DNA of 40,382 nt from a virus (IMGVR_UViG_3300020598_000104:1-40382); one strand, 5' to 3'; positions 26,641-35,299 are shown, counted from the stretch's first letter. Numbers and translations: made by a program. Notes: a model not told the origin generated them from the sequence alone.

Positions 26641-26693
26641 GTCCCCTCCGTTTTACCCATCATTGAATCCTACCGGCCGGGAGTCGATACCCC

Positions 26694-28850
26694 ATGATTG
26701 AAGTTGAACTTCCCGACGGCAGCATCGCCGAGTTCCCCGACGGCACGTCGCACGACGTCATCAAGGGGGCGCTTCAGAAGAGGTTTGGCGCGTCTTCAGG
26801 CGGCGGGGCCAGCAACTCGCAGACCTCCAACGCCTCCGTAGAGCGCGCGCAGCCGAACCCGGCGGAAGGTCTTCCTTACGGACAACCACCCGAAGGCATG
26901 GTGCTGGACCCTGAGACCGGGCAAATGGTCGACACGAAGGCTATTGCCGATCAGGCCGGGGGTTCGTGGGCCGGCTCCTTCATCAAGGGCATGCCGTTCA
27001 TCGGAGAATATGCCGACGAGCTGGTCGGCGGCGGTGACCCGGTGAAGACCGAACTCGCCCGTCAGATGGCGGATAAATTCGAGGCTGATAACCCGAAGAC
27101 CGCGACGGCCGGAAGGATCGCTACGGGACTGACCACGCTACCGGCTGCCGTTATGGCCGGTGGGGCTTTGCCGATGCCGGCGTCGATTGCCGGGAAAATG
27201 GGAGCTGGCGCGCTTTATGGCGGGAGCAGTGGCGCCATAGAGGGGGCAATCTCAGGTTACGGCGAAGGCCGCGATGGAGAGAGAGCAGAGCGTGCCGCCC
27301 AGCGAGCTGCCCACAGCGGAATAGTCGGTACGCTTGTTGGTGGCGTTACCCCAAGCCTCATTGCCCTTGGCGAAAAGGCCCTGAAGGGCGGCCTCGACTA
27401 TCTCCGCATCACTCGGCAGGCCAATAAGATGGGGCTCGATAGGGGCGCGGCCGATGTGCTCAACAATAGGCTGGGCGCTGACGATGCGTTCGGCGGCGCT
27501 GGCGCTGCCAGGATCGCCGCAGCCGGGGATGACGCCATGCTGGCCGACGCAGGGCCAAGCACGCAGGCGCTTCTCGATCTCGCCGTGCAGAAGAGCGGCA
27601 AGGCCGGGAACATCGCTCGGGAGGCGATTGAGGCGCGCGCAGGAAGGGCCGGGCAGAATTTCGATGCGGCTTTGGACAGCGCCTTGGGGCAGCCGCAGGG
27701 AATCGCCACAGCCGAGCGAGCCATCCGAGACGGTAGCCGCGCTGCCCGTTCTTCGACCTATGGCGCCGCCTACGATATGCCCATCGACTATTCGGCACCT
27801 GCGGCGCGGGAAATGGAGGATTTGCTGTCTCGCGTCGGCCCCGGTGCCGTTCGCAAAGCCAATCGCCTGATGGAGCTCGCCGGCGACCGCTCGAAGCAAA
27901 TTCTTGCGGATATCGCCGACGACGGCACGGTGACGTTCAAGACGATGCCGGACGTTCGGCAGATCGACTACATCACTCGTGCGCTTCGCGAGGAGGCCGA
28001 GGCGGGCGAGGGGATGGGCGCACTCGGCGGCCAAACCGATATCGGCCGCGCGCTGAAAGGCCTGTCGACCAATATCCGCGGAAAGCTGAGGGAATTGGTG
28101 CCCGAGTATGGGGCCGCGCTCGATACCGCTGCCGACCCGATATCCCGTCGGCAAGCCCTCCAGTTCGGCAACCGTCTGCTTTCTCCGGCGACGGCGAGGG
28201 ACGAGGTCACGTTTACGCTAGACGGAATGTCCAAGGCGGAACGGCAGGCGGCGAAAGAGGGGGTTCGGTCCCACATCGATGACTTGCTTGCGAACGTGAA
28301 GCGCTCGATCACCGACGGAAATATGGATGCCCGGGAGGCACAGCGGGCGGTAAGAGATCTGTCGAGCCGGGCCAACAAGGAAAAACTGACGGCTCTCCTC
28401 GGTGACGACGAGGCGGGAAAGCTCTTCACCGAACTGGACAAGACGGCGCAGTCGCTCGACCTACGGGCATCAGTGGCGGCAAACTCGAAGACTTACGCAC
28501 GACAGTCGGCTGAACAGGAAGTCAAAGACCTGACGGAGCCGGGAGCTTTCGGCAAGCTGCTTCAGGGCCAGCCGTTGAATGCTACCCAGCGGATCGCGCA
28601 AGCGGCGACGAAGCAGGCGCCTAAGGACATCCTGGAGCGCGAGCAGGGCATGTACAGCAATATCGTCAAGGCCCTTGTGGGGCCGCAGGGCGGTGACGCG
28701 ATGCTTGCCCTTCGCCAGCTTGAGCAGATTTACCAGCGGAACCCGAAGAACGCTGCAGTCGCGCGCGCTCTCGCCAGTTATGGGGTCGGCGCCGCTGCAC
28801 TACCGTCATATCAGAAGGGGCGGAAGGTGGTGGAAGCTCTGCTTAAATGA
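26694..28850 (+). CDS. Large ejection/DNA-transfer protein
   Basis: MIEVELPDG..AEFPDG N-term; G/A-rich hydrophobic stretch; helical; last gene of the ejection set. Confidence 0.75.
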   Translation: MIEVELPDGSIAEFPDGTSHDVIKGALQKRFGASSGGGASNSQTSNASVERAQPNPAEGLPYGQPPEGMVLDPETGQMVDTKAIADQAGGSWAGSFIKGMPFIGEYADELVGGGDPVKTELARQMADKFEADNPKTATAGRIATGLTTLPAAVMAGGALPMPASIAGKMGAGALYGGSSGAIEGAISGYGEGRDGERAERAAQRAAHSGIVGTLVGGVTPSLIALGEKALKGGLDYLRITRQANKMGLDRGAADVLNNRLGADDAFGGAGAARIAAAGDDAMLADAGPSTQALLDLAVQKSGKAGNIAREAIEARAGRAGQNFDAALDSALGQPQGIATAERAIRDGSRAARSSTYGAAYDMPIDYSAPAAREMEDLLSRVGPGAVRKANRLMELAGDRSKQILADIADDGTVTFKTMPDVRQIDYITRALREEAEAGEGMGALGGQTDIGRALKGLSTNIRGKLRELVPEYGAALDTAADPISRRQALQFGNRLLSPATARDEVTFTLDGMSKAERQAAKEGVRSHIDDLLANVKRSITDGNMDAREAQRAVRDLSSRANKEKLTALLGDDEAGKLFTELDKTAQSLDLRASVAANSKTYARQSAEQEVKDLTEPGAFGKLLQGQPLNATQRIAQAATKQAPKDILEREQGMYSNIVKALVGPQGGDAMLALRQLEQIYQRNPKNAAVARALASYGVGAAALPSYQKGRKVVEALLK

Positions 28851-29220
28851 ACGGGAAGCCGAGGTACATCCAAGCCAGAAACACTACGCCAAGACGAGTA
28901 TACCATTTCGCGAAGGGAGTTAGTCCGTTTGTGAAAAAGGCCATACGCAATCCATAAATCCACGCGGCGGCCATCCCCATCCCTATAAGCGTCGTCATGA
29001 AAATGCCGAGCCATGAGGTGATCGGCTCACCATCGTGAATGAAGAAGAAAATACCCAGCACCAACGGCATAATAAGCAGCCAGAGGATTTGCTGGTACGA
29101 CTCATGCCCTATGGTATCCCGCTTATAGAGACGCCAGGCCACGTAGAACCATAGCCCGCCGACGATGCAGGCGGCGGTGATCGGCGGGTATAGATCGATG
29201 ATGGTGGGAGGGGATTTCAC
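28843..29220 (-). CDS. Four-TM membrane moron protein (superinfection-exclusion candidate)
   Basis: Four hydrophobic segments; convergent with the ejection gene; lower GC. Confidence 0.7.
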   Translation of the reverse strand: MKSPPTIIDLYPPITAACIVGGLWFYVAWRLYKRDTIGHESYQQILWLLIMPLVLGIFFFIHDGEPITSWLGIFMTTLIGMGMAAAWIYGLRMAFFTNGLTPFAKWYTRLGVVFLAWMYLGFPFI

Positions 29221-29411
29221 GGGTTCTTCAACTCGTCGTAGAGGATGCTAACTCCCCCACCCATCAGAGTGATGGGCACGAGCCATACCCACATCATCAC
29301 AGGATGGGAAAACAGAAGCATCCAAATGAAACCGAAGCCGCCAGCGACTGCGAGCCATATCCCAATCAAGAATGAGATGATACGGCGGACTTTGGACCGT
29401 TGTTGGTTCAT
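29217..29411 (-). CDS. Two-TM membrane moron protein
   Basis: Two hydrophobic segments; GTGA overlap with the downstream gene. Confidence 0.6.
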   Translation of the reverse strand: MNQQRSKVRRIISFLIGIWLAVAGGFGFIWMLLFSHPVMMWVWLVPITLMGGGVSILYDELKNP

Positions 29412-29568
29412 CAGTTACTCGCTCAGAAAATGGGGCAGGCGCTCGGGAGAACGCATCATAGTCTAAGCTAAATGCGGCACAACACCCAACCAATCCAATC
29501 CTCACTTGCTAACTTTACCAATGGTTGAATATCATCGGGAAAGCGGCACTGACCTTTGGAGAGGGGAC

Positions 29569-30405
29569 ATGACGGCGGCAAAGTATCTTTTGGTATCGGT
29601 AGCGGGAAGCCTCGGTTTCGTGGCGACGGTCGTTGTGCTGGCTGCATTCGAGCACTTCACAGGTTTCAACCTTTTTTCTTTCAGTCTCTTTATCGTAGTT
29701 CCTGCGGGCGCTCTGCTTTCCGGATTTGCGGCCGCCTCCGGCTTCTACTTGGCAAGCCTCTGGCTTCAGGTGAGACCTAACTGGTTTATCCTCCTGCAGA
29801 TCATCATTGTCGCGGCTCTCGCGCAGATTGCTATTTACTACGCCGGATATTGGAGCCTGGTGCTCGATGACGGGACGGTAGTCGCGGACCGCATTGGCTT
29901 CAAGGAGTACTTGGACATCTACTTGTCATCGCAACACATACGCGTCGGTCGCGGGAGTGTTGACGCCGGGGAAGTAGGCCAATTCGGGTGGTGGTTGGCC
30001 GGCATTGAATACATTGGATTTCTGGTGGGTGGCGTGGCCGCTTTCCTGCTGCTGCGTGCATACCCATCGTGTCAGGGTTGCAACCTCTATCTCCGTAAAA
30101 TTGCAAAAAAGGAGCAGTTCTTTTCAGAGCAAGATGACTTCGGCCGCTACTATGATCAGTTGTTCAACTATGGTGTTGATGGGCCAGAGTTTAAGAGCTT
30201 GTTGCAATGGAGTCCGAAGGAAGGAAAGAGCGAAAAGGGAAATATTCAGGTGCAATCGATACTTAGGAGGTGCCCATCCTGCAAGGAAGAATTCATGACC
30301 CAAGAGGTAAAGGTTTTTGCGAAAGATGGGTGGAAGGATGTGCCTAAACTGACCCGCCACGTCTCGATGCCCACAGGAGTAAGCGTCAGCAACGCATTCA
30401 ACTAG
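29569..30405 (+). CDS. Multi-pass membrane protein with C-terminal zinc-ribbon domain
   Basis: GGAGAGGGG RBS; about 4 TM segments; CQGC and CPSC motifs. Confidence 0.75.
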   Translation: MTAAKYLLVSVAGSLGFVATVVVLAAFEHFTGFNLFSFSLFIVVPAGALLSGFAAASGFYLASLWLQVRPNWFILLQIIIVAALAQIAIYYAGYWSLVLDDGTVVADRIGFKEYLDIYLSSQHIRVGRGSVDAGEVGQFGWWLAGIEYIGFLVGGVAAFLLLRAYPSCQGCNLYLRKIAKKEQFFSEQDDFGRYYDQLFNYGVDGPEFKSLLQWSPKEGKSEKGNIQVQSILRRCPSCKEEFMTQEVKVFAKDGWKDVPKLTRHVSMPTGVSVSNAFN

Positions 30406-30453
30406 AGGATGTTGGCTTGAAGCCAATCCGCAACGGCAGAGTCGAGACGGCGA

Positions 30454-30843
30454 TCAGTAACAGGAGGTTTGGTAGCTTGTAGGCGTCCCGCCAACGAACG
30501 TACTCCTTGGCGTCGTCGTGCATGTTATAGGTCGGTAGGTCGGCTGACTATAGACAGCGGCGTTGGCCCGGTAGGTATTGCTCATGCCCTGCATGCCGGC
30601 AGCGAGCGCCATCCTGGCGTTGTCCTCCCTGACGCGGGCCTGCCTACGGGAATAGACTTCACGTTGAACCTCTGCCGTCACGCATTGAGCGCTTTGCGGC
30701 GACCCTGGCTTTAGCCCTTGGCCGTCGCATATTGCCGCTATTTTCTTGGCAAGTTCGTTCCGCTCTTTATAGCTCATTTCCTCGACAGTCTTGGTGCACC
30801 CAACCAGCGCCACCATCGCCGCGATAACCAACAACCGTTTCAT
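30454..30843 (-). CDS. Lipoprotein moron
   Basis: GAGGTGG RBS; MKRLLVIAAMVALVGC lipobox; further paired Cys residues. Confidence 0.8.
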   Translation of the reverse strand: MKRLLVIAAMVALVGCTKTVEEMSYKERNELAKKIAAICDGQGLKPGSPQSAQCVTAEVQREVYSRRQARVREDNARMALAAGMQGMSNTYRANAAVYSQPTYRPITCTTTPRSTFVGGTPTSYQTSCY

Positions 30844-30977
30844 GAACGCCACCTCAGCCAGACAGATAGAATAGGGACCATCATTGTTCGCGTAAAGCCG
30901 ACCAGAGGCGGCAAGTGGAAGGAAGCATTTACCGCATGCCATTATCTTTGCCGCAGTGTCAGGAGGAGGCGGTGCGA

Positions 30978-31190
30978 ATGACTGACGAAGACGCGCTCAA
31001 GAAGGCCGAGAGAATGCTTGATATCCATCGCAGCCAGTTAGAGCGCTGCAGCGGCTTGGGCCGCGATGCAAAGGAGGAGCGTGACGGAATTCGCTCTACG
31101 ATTGGCGTATTGAAAGCGCACAAAATCGTGGACAAGCACGTCCAACAGAGGATTTCTGATATTATAGAGGAATTGGACGCTCTTCTATAA
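30978..31190 (+). CDS. Small helical hypothetical protein
   Basis: AGGAGGAGG RBS; 70 aa. Confidence 0.7.
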   Translation: MTDEDALKKAERMLDIHRSQLERCSGLGRDAKEERDGIRSTIGVLKAHKIVDKHVQQRISDIIEELDALL

Positions 31191-31282
31191 ACGTCGACGT
31201 TGGCGGGCAGAGGCCCCAATGAATTGCTTCCCGTTTAGCTAGAATCATGCTTGTCTAAACCACCTAGTGGGTGGGGTGGAGC

Positions 31283-32575
31283 ATGACAGCTGAGATAGCG
31301 ATTTCGAATAAATCTGCGATCGCGTTAGCAGCAGATAGCAAAGTCACGCTGTCTATCGCGGGTCGGCAGAAAACTTATGACACCGTAAATAAGCTGTTTT
31401 CGTTGTCAAAGACGGAGCCCGTGGGGGCGATGGTCTATGGAAACGCGGAATTTATGGGCTTCCCCTGGGAGACAATCCTCAAGGAGTATCGTCGGCGCAA
31501 ACCAACTAAGCGCTTTGACACGGTTTTTGATTGGGCAGACGATATTCTGGCCTTTCTCAAGGATTTCTTCCCCTTCGCGCACGAAGACGGCGCAAATATA
31601 TCCCATATGATTGGAGCAACCGCTGTCTCCGGAATATTCGATCGATACATCGAAGCGTTGCAGGAGGGGGCGCCAACTGAGGAGGTCGCTGTCATTCTTC
31701 AGCAAGAAATCGATCTCCACATTCACAACCTTGAAAATGCCCCTGACTTCTTGAGCGACGAAGAATGGCGAGGCCTTGAGAATGGCCACCACCAAGTCGT
31801 CGAGGAGCTTGCAAATTCTGGTATCGGCGAAACATTTGAAGATCTTCGCCCAGCTCTGCGTCGGCTAGTCGAGTTGACGATCAGGAAGCAGATTTCCTCC
31901 CCAATCTATTCTGGTTTGGTCGTTGCCGGGTTCGGAGAAAAGGAGCTTCTTCCATCACTCGTGGCGTTTCAGATCGATGGGATAATTGGCGGAAAGCTGA
32001 AATGCACCCGCTCTACGCGGTTTGATTCCACACGGCAGAGCCAAGGCTTGATCCAGCCGTTTGCGCAGACCGATATGGTGTATCGGTTCATGGAAGGAAT
32101 TGACCCGAACTATGCAGTCCAACTGCGTGCGAATATCGAGGCTCTGATTAGGCAGAACTCCCTTGATACCTTGGCAGCTCTTGGCGTTCCCGACGGCGAT
32201 ATCGAGGCGATGGCTCCGGCAATTGAGAAAGCTGCGAGTGCATCCCTTGAAGCTTTCTGGAAGGAAGACGCGCGCATCAGATGGGAACAATTCGCCGAGC
32301 CGATTATTGACATGGCGATGAGCCTACCAAAAGATGAACTTGCCAATTTGGCGGAGTCGCTGGTGAGCCTAACATCTCTTCAGCGTCGAGTGTCACGTGA
32401 GATCGAAACTGTGGGAGGAGCGATTGATGTGGCGGTTATTTCAAAGGGCGATGGATTCGTATGGGTAAAGCGTAAGCATTATTTCAACGCTGATCGGAAC
32501 CTTAGGTTCGTGCAAGGATATTTTTCCGAGTATGGAACCTCGAAATCGGACGGAGAAGAAGATGGCAACGCTTGA
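31283..32575 (+). CDS. Proteasome-beta/HslV-like Ntn hydrolase with a large helical insertion
   Basis: After Met removal: Thr1, AAD17S, NK36LF, YGNA; C-term TVGGAIDVAVISK; GGTGGAG RBS before ATG 31283. Confidence 0.75.
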   Translation: MTAEIAISNKSAIALAADSKVTLSIAGRQKTYDTVNKLFSLSKTEPVGAMVYGNAEFMGFPWETILKEYRRRKPTKRFDTVFDWADDILAFLKDFFPFAHEDGANISHMIGATAVSGIFDRYIEALQEGAPTEEVAVILQQEIDLHIHNLENAPDFLSDEEWRGLENGHHQVVEELANSGIGETFEDLRPALRRLVELTIRKQISSPIYSGLVVAGFGEKELLPSLVAFQIDGIIGGKLKCTRSTRFDSTRQSQGLIQPFAQTDMVYRFMEGIDPNYAVQLRANIEALIRQNSLDTLAALGVPDGDIEAMAPAIEKAASASLEAFWKEDARIRWEQFAEPIIDMAMSLPKDELANLAESLVSLTSLQRRVSREIETVGGAIDVAVISKGDGFVWVKRKHYFNADRNLRFVQGYFSEYGTSKSDGEEDGNA

Positions 32576-32753
32576 CCAACGCGAGGCGGCAACGGGCCGG
32601 CGTACGGCGTCGGAATCACGGCTTCCATTGATTGTTCAGAAGCAGCTTCGTGAGAAGAACACGCAGGCCGTAGTGGGCAAGGCATCCAAGGCATTTCTGG
32701 AGACGCTGGAGACGGAGCTTGAGAAACTTAAGAGGCCCGTCCAAGTGCGCTAG
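32562..32753 (+). CDS. 63-aa partner protein overlapping the Ntn hydrolase stop
   Basis: GGAGAAG RBS; 14-nt overlap; followed by a terminator. Confidence 0.6.
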   Translation: MATLDQREAATGRRTASESRLPLIVQKQLREKNTQAVVGKASKAFLETLETELEKLKRPVQVR

Positions 32754-32791
32754 GTGCCTCTGTGCGCAGTTGTTGAAGCACAAGTAGAATC

Positions 32792-32816
32792 AAGGCGCTC
32801 TTCGGGGCGCCTTTCT
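32792..32816 (+). terminator. Intrinsic terminator (stem-loop identical to 23947-23967)
   Basis: AAGGCGCTC-TTCG-GGGCGCCTT followed by TCT. Confidence 0.75.
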
Positions 32817-33295
32817 CATTCGCATCTCGCACCTCGAACCACACACGGCGGGATGAAGGTGCCTGACCATATGCCGACTTTCGCGGCCTGTGCCTGGCGC
32901 TGTTCCTTCGCATACCGGCCCTTGCTGTATTTCGGCCAGTCGATGGCGTGGCCGTTGGAAACCAGCCAGCGGTTCACATCGGATCCGTCTGCGCGGGTGC
33001 AGATAGCCACGATGCGGTTATGGTCCCTTCCAGTCTTGCGGCACGAGACAGGGCGGGATTCGGAAAGGAAGGCATCAAGCGCATCCGCCGATACTTTGCC
33101 GCAACGGTAGGGCTTGCCAGCGGCATCAACGCAGCTCTGTCGGCTTTCCGGGGCGTCTATGCCGTCGAAACGGATGCGGGTGCCGTGGATGTCGATGGTA
33201 TCGCCGTCGATGACGGAAGCGCGGCCGGTGATTTCCGCGGCGTTGGCTACAAATGGCAGGGCGAGCGAAAGAGCGAGTATCAACCTTGCGGGCAT
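32816..33295 (-). CDS. Secreted thermonuclease (SNase family, ExoI-like)
   Basis: Signal peptide; VIDGDTI..IRFDGIDAPE.Q.C..CG..D..R..A.C..A+..K.GIW. Confidence 0.92.
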   Translation of the reverse strand: MPARLILALSLALPFVANAAEITGRASVIDGDTIDIHGTRIRFDGIDAPESRQSCVDAAGKPYRCGKVSADALDAFLSESRPVSCRKTGRDHNRIVAICTRADGSDVNRWLVSNGHAIDWPKYSKGRYAKEQRQAQAAKVGIWSGTFIPPCVVRGARCE

Positions 33296-33368
33296 TGATA
33301 GGTGCCATTGAGGCCGGCGGCGCGAGCGGCAGAAAAAGCGTCCATTCTGATATAATCCTTGTTCGAGC

Positions 33369-33590
33369 CTATTTGAATAGGGCCTTGAGCAGCGACCAGA
33401 AACTTAAGGTGGTGCGGCTGTAAACCCGGCTATAGGCGGCTCTCTTCGGGTTGGTTAGCCATCCCCAACCACGGGGCGCCTTGAGACCAAGGCTATGCCG
33501 GACAACGCGTTTCATTGATGTTCTAGCGGCAAAGCTCTTCTTTAGGCTTGGTTTTCTGACGCGGATCTTAAACGGTGATCGTTTGCCCAT
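33369..33590 (-). CDS. Small very basic phage protein
   Basis: GGGGAGG RBS; RKPSLKKSFAARTS..GWGWLTNPKRAAY..VY..TT motif. Confidence 0.75.
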   Translation of the reverse strand: MGKRSPFKIRVRKPSLKKSFAARTSMKRVVRHSLGLKAPRGWGWLTNPKRAAYSRVYSRTTLSFWSLLKALFK

Positions 33591-33705
33591 GTTTGCCTCC
33601 CCTTGTTAGGAATGACACCACACAGTCAATCTAAAGTCGAGTCAGTCATTTAGGGAGCCGTTGCCGACTTGCCCGCCGTGAGGCGAGTGAACCGAATTTC
33701 TGGAA

Positions 33706-34002
33706 TCATGCCGCCTCTAGATGCTCGATGGCGTCAATCTCGGCCTTCTTCGCCTTCGCCTCAGTTGCCAAATCGTAGGATGCCTGCATGTTCATCCAGA
33801 ACTGCGGCGTGGTGCCAAAGAATTTGGCGAGCCGAAGCGCGGTATCTGGGGTAACGGGCGTCTGTTCCGCGACAAGGCGCTCGATGCGGGTACGGGGCAC
33901 GTGTAGCTTCTTGGCGAGCGTATAGGGCTTCAGGTTCAGCGGAGCCAGATACTCCTCGCGCAGGATTTCGCCGGGATGGATGGTAAAGCCAAGAGTGGTC
34001 AT
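33706..34002 (-). CDS. higA: HigA antitoxin
   Basis: IHPGEILREEYL..LAKKL.V..I..TPDTALRLAKFFGTTPQFWMNMQ..YDL. Confidence 0.95.
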   Translation of the reverse strand: MTTLGFTIHPGEILREEYLAPLNLKPYTLAKKLHVPRTRIERLVAEQTPVTPDTALRLAKFFGTTPQFWMNMQASYDLATEAKAKKAEIDAIEHLEAA

Positions 34003-34012
34003 AGCTTGGTCC

Positions 34013-34297
34013 TCAATCGTGGTAATCGGTTATCTCAACATCCTCGGGACCAGCATCGGTCCAGCGGAAGCAAAGCCTGAACTGCGTGTTTACCCAAATC
34101 GCGTGCTGCCCGGCTCGATCCTTAATCAAAGGGTGCAGTTTGTTGCCGGGAGGCGATTTCAGATCATCAAGAGCAGCGGCGTTGTCGAGCATCACCAGCT
34201 TACGGCGAGCCGCCTTGATCAAATCCGGCGGGAAGCCCTTCGGGGATTTCCCCGCCGCGATAGCCTCTGTCGTCCTGTCTTTGTACGATCTGATCAT
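34013..34297 (-). CDS. higB: HigB (RelE/ParE-family) toxin
   Basis: MIRSY..ARRKL.ML..A..LDDL..PPGN.LH.L..DR.GQH.I.VN.QFR.CF.W..VEI.DYH. Confidence 0.95.
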   Translation of the reverse strand: MIRSYKDRTTEAIAAGKSPKGFPPDLIKAARRKLVMLDNAAALDDLKSPPGNKLHPLIKDRAGQHAIWVNTQFRLCFRWTDAGPEDVEITDYHD

Positions 34298-34357
34298 GAC
34301 GTATCATAGCGAGATACGAGAGTGACATCAATAGAAAAGTATCATGGTGAGATACGA
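34298..34357 (-). promoter_or_regulatory. higBA promoter with two HigA-type operators
   Basis: - strand TTGATG-N17-TATGAT-N5-ATG; palindromes GTATC-N7-GATAC at 34301-34317 and 34339-34355. Confidence 0.75.
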
Positions 34358-34390
34358 AATTGGGCCGGGCAACGAATCGAGGAGGTGGAG

Positions 34391-34981
34391 TTAGTCTTTC
34401 CGTTGCTTGGCTTCGAAATCCGGACCGCCGAGATCTTTAACGACCTTATGGATGACTTGCTCTAATTCACGATGGGTCATGGTCACAACGTCATCTGGTT
34501 TTCGAAATGACGATTCCAGGCGCGCGACAACGATATCGTTAAAGCGGCGGCCGGTTTGCGCCGCCTCTGATTCTAGCCGTGAGGCGAGATCAGGCCCGAG
34601 ATTGATAAGCGCAGAGCCTTCTGAACTCGGCGCTTCTAGCGGAAGGTTGTAGTTGTCGAGAAGGTCGGCGATAAAAATTTTGAGGTCGTCGGGGTCTTTG
34701 AAGCTTCGGTTTTTCAAGCCAAACCTGAGGGCGTAGACGAACGTTGCCGCCAATCTTGTCGCATGCTCACGCGGGTCCGCAGGCGGCGGGGCACCTTCAT
34801 CGATGATGACAAGATCGTCTTCAGTGAGAGACCTGTCTAGGCGATAGACGATTTCCGCATTGAGGCTTCGTTGGTTCGCCGAGGCTGATTCCTCTACGCG
34901 TTGCTTTAAGTCAGGCTGCATGCGTAGCCCGAACGGAGCGATATTGGCGACCTTGATATTGGTGTGCGGCTTCTTCGTCAT
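34391..34981 (-). CDS. Mnt/Arc-like repressor with a second C-terminal Arc-like repeat
   Basis: PFGLRMQPDLKQRVEESASANQRSLNAEIVYRL; later INLGPDLASRLESEAAQTGRRFNDIVVARLESSF. Confidence 0.88.
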   Translation of the reverse strand: MTKKPHTNIKVANIAPFGLRMQPDLKQRVEESASANQRSLNAEIVYRLDRSLTEDDLVIIDEGAPPPADPREHATRLAATFVYALRFGLKNRSFKDPDDLKIFIADLLDNYNLPLEAPSSEGSALINLGPDLASRLESEAAQTGRRFNDIVVARLESSFRKPDDVVTMTHRELEQVIHKVVKDLGGPDFEAKQRKD

Positions 34982-34982
34982 G

Positions 34983-35050
34983 GCTTCATTGTGTAGCTAA
35001 AAACCAGTTGACGGCAATCGCTACATAATGTAGTTAGCTTCATTGTGTAG
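34983..35050. promoter_or_regulatory. Divergent promoters with three operators (immI-like)
   Basis: GCTTCATTGTGTAG (34983 and 35037) and GCTACATAATGTAG (35020); + strand TTGACG-N17-TAGTTA; - strand TTGCCG-N18-CACAAT. Confidence 0.75.
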
Positions 35051-35076
35051 TTATTGAAGGAGGTTGATAGAGCCAA

Positions 35077-35244
35077 ATGCCTAAAACCCCGCAACCCTTC
35101 GGGTTGAGAATGCCGCCTGAAGTAAAGAAGTGGGTGGCAGATCAGGCGGAGCGGAACATGCGCTCGCAGAATGCGGAGGTAGTGCTGGCGCTCAAGGAAA
35201 AGATGGAGCGCCACCAAAACGAAAAGAGCGGGACATCGGCCTAG
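35077..35244 (+). CDS. arc: Arc-family repressor, 55 aa (MPKTPQPFGLRMPPEVKKWVADQAERNMRSQNAEVVLALKEKMERHQNEKSGTSA)
   Basis: Not in ORF track. AAGGAGG RBS; canonical F.LRMP..RS.NAE.V..L Arc motif. Confidence 0.88.
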   Translation: MPKTPQPFGLRMPPEVKKWVADQAERNMRSQNAEVVLALKEKMERHQNEKSGTSA

Positions 35245-35299
35245 GAAACCGCCCCGCTCTTTTCTGAGATCCACCACTCCATAAGGAATGTGAACATGC
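35221..35299 (-). ncRNA. Predicted sar-like antisense RNA against the antirepressor RBS and start codon
   Basis: - strand TTGCCA-N18-TATCAT at 35335-35306; terminator hairpin AAAAGAGCGGG/CCCGCTCTTTT at 35222-35263. Confidence 0.55.
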
